A stretch of 51,668 nt of DNA, filler included, from Sphacelaria rigidula (lineage: Eukaryota): the NCBI GenBank assembly GCA_964200075.2. It is 3 parts of 3 records of this genome, joined end to end, with 100 filler letters (N's around TTAATTAATTAA, not from the genome) between each part and the next. Parts side by side here need not be neighbours in the genome. Positions count along the whole stretch, not along the records: positions 17,270 to 34,420 come from CAXNAA020001154.1; positions 34,521 to 51,668 come from CAXNAA020001155.1; 1 more part is not named here. One strand, 5' to 3'. How positions within the stretch are numbered: the stretch's first letter is position 1; every line of letters starts with the position of its first letter. This document shows, in pieces, positions 26,967-37,679 of this stretch. The notes under the pieces were generated by a model. That model saw only the letters and a list, made by a program, of their open reading frames with translations. It did not search any database and was not told the DNA's origin. The position numbers and the translations under genes are program-made.

Positions 26967-27639
26967 CGCTTTTTTGAAAAACGAAGTCGCCTCCCACTCA
27001 CAGGAACAACAACTCTCTCCTTACACCGAGACGTGCTGTACCACCTTACAACGACAATAGCCACAGCGCCTCTTCCTCACGCAAGTCTCACCACGTGTTT
27101 GAAGTCCTTAAACTCCTCTTCCTGGCCGTACCTGGCCAATCGTGGAACAAGCAACTCTTGCTGGCTCAACCAGGCAGTAATTTCGCCGCTTTTCTGGAAC
27201 GTGCACGGGCTCGCCAGCTGTCGGTCAACCCCCGGCACCTCTCCCACGAGCGATACCACAGCCCACCCTAGCACTGCCTCAGAACCTCCTCGGCTCTACT
27301 TCTCCAACTCCTCGCGATGTTAATACGCCTTGAGCTGGTCTTGTTTGCTGCAAACTGATCGAACCTACAGATTTCTCTATCTTGATGTGTCAGCTGCGTT
27401 TTTAGCGGAGCTACCGCCTCAGCGGACTTAATGAACGTTCATTGTACACTTCTGTCACTCAAGATCAGATCGCCATGTGGACTCCTGCCATCACGGGCAC
27501 ATGGACTTCAGCAGCATTAGTTATTCATATATCAACCCTCAGCATAGTACAGGGGAACAGGACCATAGTCTCTCTCCACCAGAGTAGCAAAAACGGCTCT
27601 ACTCGTCATGCGGACAAGAAACTGAAAGTCACTGCGGAT

Positions 27640-30507
27640 CTGAAGGGTGTCACTAACCCAGACCTCCAGCGGACCCAACGCCTTGCACCGCGCCAACAGA
27701 TGCTGCACCGTCGCTGCAGCTGTACAAGACTCGGTGGGCTCCAACCACGCGAAATTGCACAGATCATCCATCATTAAAAAAATGATTCTGTACCCGTCGC
27801 CTTCATCCAGGCCGCTCTCGCCCAGCGGACCACTCTCGCCAACGTACAGATAATCAAAGTACATCACCTCACCGGGCCATGTGCCGTGCACTGACTCCCC
27901 TAGTGGCCGCGGGACCGTCTCACCCGCTTTCGAGTCCACACAATGCAAGCATTTCCTCACAAAATCTGTCACATGAGCTTCCATCGGAAACCCACAGCAA
28001 TACTCTTGCAGTCGCTGCAGTGTCGCCACAACACCCCACAACACCCCGATGACCCCCCTCCTTCATGTGAGGACACACCATCAATCGTATTTGTAGCTCT
28101 GTTGCGGCGTTATCCACAACACATTCCGCCCTGCCACATGCACGTGAAATAAACCCTCACTGTCTTCCGAAACTCACCCAGCAGCTGCTGCAAAAGTAGG
28201 GGCTCCAGCAACCATCACTCCGAACCCGGCTTGAGCCTGCTCTTGGGCCTCACGAATAGCGTTCGTCGACGGCAGCGTTTCATCAGGCTGACCGCTCGCA
28301 AATATGGTCGCAACACGCACAGACACCGCCGGAACGTTTACCCACCTTGGCAATGAATCTCCCCAGCAGTTGCGCTCACCAGCAATGTGCCTGATGGAGT
28401 AATCGTACTGCCCCAGCACAGTCTTCCATTGCTCGAGCCTCTGGGCAGCAGTCCTAGACACGGATGCAACGCACGCCTCGGGGTTCAAAATGTATGCTAG
28501 GTTACGATAAGCGGTGAAGATATGTACCCCACCCCATAGAAGATATTCCAACCTACGTGAAGTACTTACGATTGCATAGCCTTCCTTGTCCACCGTAGCC
28601 CAACGAACCTGCGCTCCACGGAAAGTTCCGCGAAGAACCCCATCGGCTCATGGCTCATGTTCTCCACCGCCGAGGTACCACCCAGCTCATCCTCCGCCAC
28701 CTGCGTAAGAAAACTCCCCCAGTGGAGATCCGATGCGTCTGGAAACATGAGCACCTCATACCCCTGCTTGGGATATGACAAAGCGACAGCATGCGCCGCC
28801 AAATCTTGCGCCTCGTGCCACGCCTGAGCAGGCCTGGACGTCCATGCCGACTCCTCGATTATCCGGTTTGACGCCACTCGCTTGGTACGGCGCACGTTCC
28901 CCTGCATGTGTTCCTCCAATAATACCTGCAGCGGCTCCACCACTTCCGCCAAACGCGGCAGGGACTTTTTCAGCCAGTTTTCCGCCTGCAGGAACTGCAT
29001 AAACTCGCCTGCTCTGCGCGGGCACCTAAGATTGGCCCAGCCCGCTCAGTCTCTCGCGGTCATGAGCCACTTGACCACCTGAAAAAACCTTTCCGCACCA
29101 CGTGATCTGTGTGTCGTAGAACATGCACTTGTTTGTGCGCAGCCGCGAAAAAAACAGCATCCTCCAAACAGCCCAAACTCTCGTCCAGTGTACACAACAG
29201 ATCATCCTCATCTGTATCCCACCACGAAATATCATCCACCCATACTTTGCACTGAAGTCCGGCCAGTAACCTTGTCATGATGCCTTGAAAATACCCTGTC
29301 GCATTCAATACCCCTTGCGGCACCCGTGTGGGGGTAAACAGATTTTATGGAGTCGCGATCGTGAATAGTTCTTCTGCATCAGCCGCCAACGGCATCTGCC
29401 AGTAACCCTGCAGCATATCAATCATGCCAAAACACGCAGCGCCTAGCAGTTCGATCATCTCCGCCTCGTGGTTAGGCATAACATCCGGAACCTCCTCAAT
29501 CTGCTTGTTTGCCGCGCGATAATCACTCATCCTTCTTCGGCGTCGCCATGGCCGCAGTCGCCCACACTGCCTGTAAGCTGCGGAATACGAGCCTAAGCAC
29601 CACCAGCGTCGCCACATACCCTGCTAACCATGCGGCCTTTACAGGGGAACAAACCCCGCGGGCTCACCTTGACTGCTGCAGCCCCAGGTTTGAATCTCAC
29701 TCTCAATGACTCTACACGAGCAGGCGGATCACCACGCAATGCTCGCCGAAAAGGGTTGACACGTTGTCCAACAACCTCCCGAAGCTTATCAACGTCGCTC
29801 GCCGACATCCCCTTGTCTGCAGCCGCGTATACTGCATGATCCAATGCAACACGACGCTCTGCCAGCTCCTCCTCTGGAGTCATGTTCATCTCGGGACAAC
29901 GTGACATCAATCGCTCAACGGAAAGATTCGCAGGCTTCTCTTGTTCACCTGGATCCCGTAACGCCTCAATCGCAATACTCACACGCCTACATTCTCGGAA
30001 TTCAGGTGTATCTAACTGTACACCTCTCACCAACGCGTGTCTTGAGCGAGCGCATGCGTCCAGCCCGCTGTACACGTCAATGTCCATGGCCTCCAGCGTA
30101 CCGCTCCCGATGATCACCACACCATCGCCACCTGGCATGACCGCATAATGACTCGGATCCAACACCACCGGCCCCCAGCTGGTGTGCAGAGCGGTGCGCA
30201 CCAGGCGCGGCTTTGACTGCATACTCCGTACATTACCATCAGCTAGTTTCGCCGGGTGTGCACGAGCCATGCTCGTGACAACTGACACATCAGGGAACAC
30301 TGCTTGCAACTGGGCCGCCACTTTTTCAGACATGATAGTGATGCCAGCCCCCGAATCCAACACGGTAGTAACAGGGTAAACGTTTTTGGCTGCGGAAGCA
30401 GGAACGGACAAGTCTGCCCGGCAGCATCGCTGCTTGCGGTCAACTACCACACCCTCAGCCTGTAAATTTGCAACCTCAGCGGTGTGCAGACCCCTCCGTA
30501 TGGGCAA
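27640..30507 (-). pseudogene. pol: pol of element A (aspartic protease, RT, RNase H, integrase; multiple frameshifts)
   Basis: Protease VLDSGA; RT DYRAANK, IDMLQGYWQ, PQGVLNATGYFQ, VWVDD; RNase H FPDASD, DKEGYAIV, HIAGERNCWGD; integrase HMKEGGHRG...CLHC, YFDYLYVG, VWVSDT. Confidence 0.92.
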
Positions 30508-30759
30508 TGTGTGAGAAGTCCACTCCTGAGCCGGCCCCGCCGGCAGTTAGGGTTGAGCTGCAGGAGCTGGAGTGGAAGGCTGGGGCGGCACCATGCTATC
30601 CGCACTACTAGCATCCCTTTGCGTTTCATCTCCTGGGAAAACAGCCCGTGTGGGAGCAGGACCTTTACAACCCCCCCGCGCTGACCATGGACCTTTTGTT
30701 GCTGCTGCTGCTGCTGCGGCGACGGCGGCGGCGGCGACGACTTTGCTCGCTCACCTGAC

Positions 30760-31684
30760 GCACTCACCGCGGCCGCAGGTGTGCTCTGTTTGTTACAGTC
30801 CTTCTTGTAGTGGGCCCCTTATCCCTACACTCGAAACAACCTGCATAGCTCGGACCAGGTTTGTGGGGCTTTTCCAAGCTCTTACCACCACTACCCGCTA
30901 CGGCGGCCGCAGCCGCTGCGGCGGCATGCGATGTCAGTTTTTCCAAGCCTTGTGAGCCGCGTGTTTGGTTCAGTTGCGGTTGCTGGCGGCGGTGTTTGTC
31001 AACCTCCTCAACAGTGTTCCATTTTCCCGCCAAGTCATGAGCTACCAAATAAACCACTCTCGGGCTCTCTTTTCAGTCCCTTTTCATATAGAGTATACTT
31101 TGAACGTTATTCTTGAACTCAGGTGGGGTCAGGCCGGCGAACATAGCTCTGGTAATAATGTGTGCTGGATCAGCCTTGAACTTACGGTCAGATTCAAGGA
31201 AAACGCACTCCGCACCTGCATTTTGCGCAAAGTACTCCTGAATGAACTCCATTGCCCTTTTTTTCGACCCATTGCAGTTGGTTCAGACTGTGCGGCAAGG
31301 ATCTTTTTCACGCCTGCTGCACCTTTGGAAGGGTCAATTTCCATATCGATCCAGCATTTCGCGTGGCATGCAAATTCCTTGCTGCAATTCGTCTCCGTTG
31401 AGTGGCAACCCGTCAAAGATGGTATCAAACACGCCGTTCTGGATGTGCTTGGGCTCCAACTCTTGCATGATCAAGAGGGCACACTTAACCGACCGGCCTT
31501 TGTTACTTTTCCCCACTGCCTTCTCATATTCTTGATACCGTTGGTCAAAGCGTCTGAAAGCTTGCTCACTGAATACTCGCCCATATTCGGGCACTTTCGA
31601 CGATCCACCCAATGTCAATTCGGTTACTGCTAAATCCACCTCATCAACCGTCTCGCTGGTGCCCCCTTCCCTTCGCGTTGCCAT
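30760..31684 (-). pseudogene. gag: gag of element A (frameshifted)
   Basis: ORF pieces MATRREGG...YGRVFSEQAF...ELEPKHIQ, and a degenerate zinc knuckle CFECRDKG...HLRP, lying upstream of the protease. Confidence 0.7.
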
Positions 31685-31862
31685 CCTTCCAACAGCCTCC
31701 TGCCACCGCAGTCGCCTTCGATTCGTGCGGCCTGCGCCTCTCTCTCCGCCGCTTTCTCCCCCTTCTGTTATTCAACGTGAGCGTCCTCACGTTCTACAAA
31801 CGGTCGTGTGCGACGTCAAAAATCTAATCCAGAAACGACAAGTTTCCTGAACAAACGCTTAT

Positions 31863-34420
31863 TGTGAACCTGTCTGGAATCAGAACAAGGTTACAGTGCT
31901 ACCTCAGAGGTTTCCTCCCTGTCACGGGCTCCAGAGACTTCAAGACTCAATCAGTTATACAAACAGCAGTCTTTCGTTGACCAGACGTGACACTTCTTTG
32001 CTTCCCTCACAAAGACAATATGTTACGTATTTGATAATTATCCTCCAAACCGTTGTCACACGATCCAAACTGATATCCATATGCTACCGTACTCCTCATG
32101 CTAGAGGTGCTACTGTACTTTATCTACACCATGTTTTGGCCGGTCAATATATATCGGATATTATAAGTATGGTGTACGCTGTAAGGAAGATCCAGAGACG
32201 CGATGGATGCCGGAGCCCGTGCAAGTTGGGAAAAGATTCAAATGGAGTCGCAGATGTACGAGTGCATTACTTCGAAGAGTTGTCGAATGCAATTGACATA
32301 TATGTATATATATGTATATACTGGTCAGAATATATGGTGACAGAAGAGGCGACCCGGTATATATGCATCCTTATATCCATCTCGCCACCGATATGGGGCC
32401 GCCCATCTCCTTCTCAGGATGTCATCAATATATCTTGGCTGAACATTTCGATGAAACAAAACGCGGGTCGATATGCGCGTTTTGGTACCCCTGTGGTCAC
32501 CGGGATTGTGTTGCTCATACCCCGGACAATACAATATGTTCCAATATGATACCAATACTTTGTATCGGAGCCAGCGCAAATATTGTCCTTTCAAAATATA
32601 TTATGTTAAGATGTCCTCGGAGACATTGAGGCAACAACATATATTGCTCGTGTCATGATCATGAAGTAATGGATGACAATATGTATTGGACACGCATTTT
32701 TTCCGAGAATAAAACATTCAATATTTATTGTGCATGCCAAGCGTCAATATATACTGAGTCGAAGCGATGCGTAGCATATGGTTATCATAATATATATTGA
32801 AACGCAAACCATGCAAAACTATTGTTTTTCCATTATATATTGCGCACGCTCATCGCATAGCTATTCTGCAGCCAAAATGTTTTGAAGACGCTTGCGGAGG
32901 AATATATTGAGCGTTTTTGAATGGCGCCCGCGAACATAAAACTGCCGATCATACTAATTTCAATATAATTTCCCATCTACATGTTAAAAATCAAAATATA
33001 TTGCCACACCAATATGTATTGTGACCGCCGGTTCCCTCGTGTTTTTTCCGGTCAATACATATTGGACAAATTGACGCACGACATATTGGGGCGGCAATAT
33101 ATATATATATATATACTGGAGCTTCGGGTGTTGAGTATATTGAATCATCAATATATATTGACCTCGTGTGGCAGCTAGTTTATCACTCGCACCAACATGT
33201 TGCTCGGTCAATATTTATCGAGGCGGCGCCTGTCGTGGTATATTGTTCAGTCGATATATATTGCATGTCGCGAGCCTTGACATATTGATTGCACAGTATA
33301 TATTGACCCTCTCTCGTGCCATTATATTGCTCACCCAAGATATATCGACAACCCAACCCGTCGACATATTGAACGGGCAATATATTTACATATTGTATTG
33401 TCCAGGGTGCGCAATTTTCACAAGGAGTGGCGATTCCTACCGCAGTATACGATAACGGCCATACAACTTTGTCCAATTTCCGAACAACTCGCAAGAGATC
33501 CAAAACGGCCATCATGAACACGCAATCACGCTTCTTGCGCCGCTCCGAGTCACGGAGCGATAGCTGACGCCGAATTCTCAAACCCATGCCCCAAACAAGT
33601 CTCCTGACTCCAAACCGGCGAAGAAAATCTTGAACGTCAACGAACGTAAAATTCTAAAGTCATCGTGACAATTCGTCCCTCGCATGCGATGCCGTTCAAC
33701 ATACAAATTCCTCTTTGGTACGTTTAACACCTGCGCATAGGAGTGCAACAGCCGAGTAATATACCTGAAACTAGAATCAAATAAGTATCCAACACGTCTG
33801 GCACGCAGCTGTGTTCTTCCTTGTCCAACTTCGTGAAAAGTTATGCCTCGCACACTTCTTCTTCGTGGAAGCTTCAAAGCTTCATTGTGCCACTCAATAC
33901 ATGAGCAAACTGAAAAAAAAACTCGAATCGCTTTTCAAGCCATGTATACCAATCTAACAACGATGTACGGATCTCGGCCTCCGCCATCATTGATCACCCG
34001 TAGTGATATCGTTCTCAAACTCGTTTTGACCGAGTACACCCAAGAAAGCACCCAGATAGGATATCCCAACTTGGATTCAGGACCGTGATATCCCATCGGT
34101 CGATTAACCAAGATATGAAATGCACTTCATCTCACAACAGACTTGCAGCTCACCTGCACCGCTTCCTTAGACAAATAGACACTTCATCCACGTGATCCTT
34201 CCAGACGGAAATGAAACATTCCCGCAAAGACATTCTATAGCTGAAGCTCAATCATCTTCAACCACAAGCAACACTCGTGTTTTCCTCGCGCACATACGAG
34301 CCTACGCTATCGTAGTTACTGCTCATTTCAACGCCAACAGCAGCAATCACCATCTCCTACAGTCAGTGCCCACAAACCGCACGAAGAGAACTCCGCCGCG
34401 TGTCTGTGTGGGTAGGAATG
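31863..34420 (-). repeat. 5' LTR of element A (interrupted by an AT-rich insertion at about 32140-33407)
   Basis: Ends ...CAGGTTCACA at 31863 in element orientation. Homologous to 22618-22810, 23540-24610 and the reverse of 20440-21187. Confidence 0.7.
32520..33407. mobile_element. AT-rich TIR element (MITE-like) inserted in the element A LTR
   Basis: TIRs CCCCGGACAATACAATATG / CATATTGTATTGTCCAGGG. The interior is packed with ATATATTG/CAATATAT motifs, and similar motifs extend left to about 32140. Confidence 0.65.
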
Positions 34421-34520
34421 NNNNNNNNNNNNNNNNNNNNNNNNNNNNNNNNNNNNNNNNNNNNTTAATTAATTAANNNNNNNNNNNNNNNNNNNNNNNN
34501 NNNNNNNNNNNNNNNNNNNN
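34421..34520. other. Artificial assembly spacer
   Basis: Same 100-nt N-TTAATTAATTAA-N linker. Confidence 0.98.
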
Positions 34521-35258
34521 AGGTCATCCCCATTTGCATATTTATTCGGGATATCCCCAGCACATAGGAATAGTAATCTTGGCGTACTCTTGCACATTTT
34601 TATAAGTCGTGTTTTGGATGAGATAGGGGGCTCCTAACAATTTTAATCTCAGAAATTATTTCTTTACCCCTACCGTAGCATCACTCTCCTACCAATCGGG
34701 AAATTGTCCAACGAAGCCGAAGCCGAAGCGAATTGCAATGTCGTTCACTGAGATCTCATAGAGTCCAACAGACCCTTCGTGCAGCAGCGATGTGAACGCT
34801 AGTCATACTCCTGCCTATGCCCTCTTCCGCATGCCTCGGCATCTGTTTAAGGCGTGATGAATGATCCAAACGCTATTACACGAAACGGATTACTTGCCCC
34901 TACGGATGAGCAGTTTTCCAGAGGACAAGTGGTCGACGACGCCATCACTGAAACGAAACAAACAGGTACTAGCAGCGCTTTCGTGAGAATGCCCACCATG
35001 AAGTCCCGGAGAAAATACGTGGTGAAATAGGCCAAGAACGAAAGCACGAAAAATCACAAAAAAATCAACGCTTAAATTGTTCGATGAAAAGTCGCAACAC
35101 CAGTTTTGTAGGCACAGCCCCGTCTTTTCCCTCAAACATTTCAACAACAATCCGCTCACGCATGTGTCGATAGCAGCAGTTTCCAATAAGGGGACCGACC
35201 TGCCGACCCTTGCCGGACCCCTCCCGGGAAAGGTCGCATTGCGACAATAGGGGCAATC

Positions 35259-37679
35259 CTATGGTGCAGGTTTCGAGAGTTGTACTTCCAACTTCACGGC
35301 TTCTTCATATTCTTCGGTGTCCATACTATTCGCTGGAACGACTTGTCTCCACGTCACCGATGGCGTCGTGCGAGGTCGCTTCGCCCTTTTGCTACTAGAA
35401 CTAGAACTACACTCGCTACTGCACGCACCAACCGCTGCCGCTGCTCTCGCACGCGTTCTCCCAGCAACTCTCGTCTCGTCCACACAACTTGTAGCAGGGG
35501 TGACATTGAGCTCCACCTTAGGGCACATGTTGGCCCCTTCCATATCACCCTGGACCACCGCGGTGGGTTTTGCGAACCCCGACGACGGTGCGTAACAACT
35601 CTGCACAGCACCATCGGGAACTATACACCGGCGATATATGCCACAATCGTCTTTCCCGCTGCTCTCTAAGTCGCATGCTGTGCTTTTAGCGTCGACCATC
35701 CCCTCTCTGGAATACTCTGCGCCGCAGTCGGCTTTAGTACCGTCTACCACGCCGAACGAAGTCACTGAAGAGCGGACTTCGCTAACGCACAATCTTGTCA
35801 CGTCGGCCATCTCTTCTGCGGCATGACTGACGCAGATATGTTTTTTGCCTTTGACGTCGGTCAACCCCTCTCTGTCATTACTGGCGCAGATTTCGGGCTT
35901 CCTGCTGCCTGCTATGCCGTACGATGGCTGTGTGGAGCAGTCGTCGTTGCCACACACGTTGCTTTTAACGTAGACCATCCCCTCTCTGGCATGACTGGCG
36001 CAGAATTCGGGCTTCCTGCTGCCCCCCGCGCCGAACGACGGTATCTTCGAACAGCCGTCGTGGCCGCACACTTTGCTTATTACGTCTACCATCCCCTCTT
36101 TCGCATGGCTGGCGCAGAATTCGGCTTTCCTGCTGCCCGCTATGCCGTACGATGGCTGTGTGGAACAACCCTTCCTGCCGCACGCTTTGCTTCTAACGTA
36201 GACCATTCCCTCTCTCGCATGACTGACGCAGAACTCGGCCTTTCTGCTACCCCCCACGCCATACGATGGTATCTTCGAGCAGCCGTCGTGGCCGCACACC
36301 TTGCTTCTGACGTTTATCATCCCCTCTCTGGCATGACCGGCGCAGAACTCGGCCTTCCTGCTGCCCGCTATGCCGTACGACGGCTGCGTGAAGCAGCCGT
36401 CTTTGCCGCACACTTTACCTATGACGTAAATCATCCCCTCTCTGGCATGACTGACGCAGAATTCGGCCTTCCTGCTGCCGGCTATGCCATACGACGGCCG
36501 CTTAGAGCAGCCATTGTTGTGACACACTTTGCTCACTACGTCTATCATCCCCTCTCTCGCATGCTGGGCGCAGAACTCGGCCTTCCTCTTGCCCGGCACG
36601 CCGTACGACGGCTGCGTGAAGCAGCCGTCCTTCCCGCACACTTTACCTATGACGTAAACCATCCCCTCTCTGGTATGACTGGCGCAGAATTCGGCCTTCT
36701 TGCTGCCCACTATGCCGTGCGACGGCCGCTTAGAGCAGCCGTTGTGGCCGCACACGTTTTTCACCAAGTTCACCATGTTCCCTCTTGCATGACTGGCGCA
36801 GAATTCGGCCTTCCTGCTGCCCCGCACGCCGTACGACGGCTGTGTGGAGCAGCCGTTCTCGCCGCACATTTTTTGTTTCACGTTCACCATCCCCTCTCTG
36901 GCATGACCGGCGCAGAATTCGGCCTTCCCGCTGCCCGCTATGCCGTACGACGGCCGCTTCGAGCAGGCCTTCTTGCCGCACACCTTGTTTTTGACGTTTA
37001 CCATCCCCTCTCTCGCATGTCCGGCACAAAACTCGGCATTCCTGCTATCCCCCATGCCGTACGACGGTATCTTCGAGCAGCCGTCGTGGCCGCACACTTT
37101 GCTTTTGACGTAAACCATCTCCTCTCTGGCATGCGTGGCGCAGAATTCGGCCTCAGTGCTGCCCGGCACGCCGCGCGACGGCTGTATGGAGCAGCCGTCG
37201 ATACTGCACACTTTTTGTTTCACTTGAAGCGTTCTCGCTCTGGCATGACCGACGCAGAAGTCGGCCTTCCTGTTGCCCGACACGCCGTGCGACGGCTGTT
37301 TGAAGCAGTCGTTGTTGCCGCACACGTTGCTGTTGACGTCTATCATGCCCTCTCTCGCATGGCCGGCACAAACTTCGGCCTTCCTGCTGCCCGCTATGCC
37401 GTATGGCGGCTGTGTGGAGCAGTCGTTGTTGCCGCACACTTCGCTTTTGACGTTCACCACTCCCTCTCTGGCATGCATGGCGCAGAACTCGGCTTTACTG
37501 CTGCCCGCCATGCCGCACGACGGCCGTATGGAGCAGCCGTTTCTGCCGCACACTTTGCTCGTTACATTCATTATCCCCTCTCTTGCATGCTTCGCGCAGA
37601 ATACGCCGTTTCTACTGCCATCAACGCCGTTTAAGACCCTTGATGTGCACGCTGCATGGGCGCAAACTCGACGACCCAT
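35259..37679 (-). CDS. EsV-1-7 cysteine-rich repeat protein (16 tandem 38-aa C-x4-C-x16-C-x2-H repeats plus a low-complexity C-terminal tail)
   Basis: Uninterrupted 806-aa ORF. Repeat consensus CGxxGCSxxPSYGxxGSRKAEFCAxHAREGMVxVxSKV matches the EsV-1-7 repeat known from Ectocarpus IMM-type proteins and EsV-1 virus. Basic KRAKRPR motif near the C-terminus. A splice acceptor (tttgtag) lies just upstream of the ATG. Confidence 0.9.
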   Translation of the reverse strand: MGRRVCAHAACTSRVLNGVDGSRNGVFCAKHAREGIMNVTSKVCGRNGCSIRPSCGMAGSSKAEFCAMHAREGVVNVKSEVCGNNDCSTQPPYGIAGSRKAEVCAGHAREGMIDVNSNVCGNNDCFKQPSHGVSGNRKADFCVGHARARTLQVKQKVCSIDGCSIQPSRGVPGSTEAEFCATHAREEMVYVKSKVCGHDGCSKIPSYGMGDSRNAEFCAGHAREGMVNVKNKVCGKKACSKRPSYGIAGSGKAEFCAGHAREGMVNVKQKMCGENGCSTQPSYGVRGSRKAEFCASHARGNMVNLVKNVCGHNGCSKRPSHGIVGSKKAEFCASHTREGMVYVIGKVCGKDGCFTQPSYGVPGKRKAEFCAQHAREGMIDVVSKVCHNNGCSKRPSYGIAGSRKAEFCVSHAREGMIYVIGKVCGKDGCFTQPSYGIAGSRKAEFCAGHAREGMINVRSKVCGHDGCSKIPSYGVGGSRKAEFCVSHAREGMVYVRSKACGRKGCSTQPSYGIAGSRKAEFCASHAKEGMVDVISKVCGHDGCSKIPSFGAGGSRKPEFCASHAREGMVYVKSNVCGNDDCSTQPSYGIAGSRKPEICASNDREGLTDVKGKKHICVSHAAEEMADVTRLCVSEVRSSVTSFGVVDGTKADCGAEYSREGMVDAKSTACDLESSGKDDCGIYRRCIVPDGAVQSCYAPSSGFAKPTAVVQGDMEGANMCPKVELNVTPATSCVDETRVAGRTRARAAAAVGACSSECSSSSSSKRAKRPRTTPSVTWRQVVPANSMDTEEYEEAVKLEVQLSKPAP
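35841..37664 (-). repeat. Coding tandem array, 16 x 114 bp
   Basis: 16 in-frame 38-codon units counted in the translation, followed by 1-2 degenerate units. Confidence 0.9.

Larger units (their letters stand above)
23236..27612 (-). mobile_element. Non-autonomous gag-only LTR element (element B): truncated 5' LTR, gag-like ORF, putative PPT, ~2 kb 3' LTR
   Basis: 27443-27612 is near-identical to 23236-23405 (same LTR 3' end, ...GAAGT(G/C)TACA). No pol motifs were seen between them. Candidate PPT AAGGGGCGAG (25241-25250) is followed by TGT at 25240. Confidence 0.65.
27640..34420 (-). mobile_element. Degenerate Ty3/Gypsy LTR retrotransposon (element A): 5' LTR, gag, PR-RT-RNaseH-IN, truncated in the integrase core
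   Basis: Domain order gag-PR-RT-RH-IN on the minus strand. The LTR-type sequence at 31863-34420 also occurs at 20440-21763 and 22618-24610. The left LTR boundary is lost at the assembly gap. Confidence 0.9.

Noticed and set aside
31920-31932. TGTCACGGG as the LTR terminus
   Set aside because: Homology among copies extends about 57 bp further, to the shared ...ACA junction.
35823-37634. 603-aa plus-strand ORF
   Set aside because: Antisense shadow of the GC-rich EsV-1-7 repeat array; no independent evidence for it.
35841-37664. CRISPR-like periodicity
   Set aside because: Units are 114-bp in-frame coding repeats with no unique spacers and no cas genes, in a eukaryotic context.
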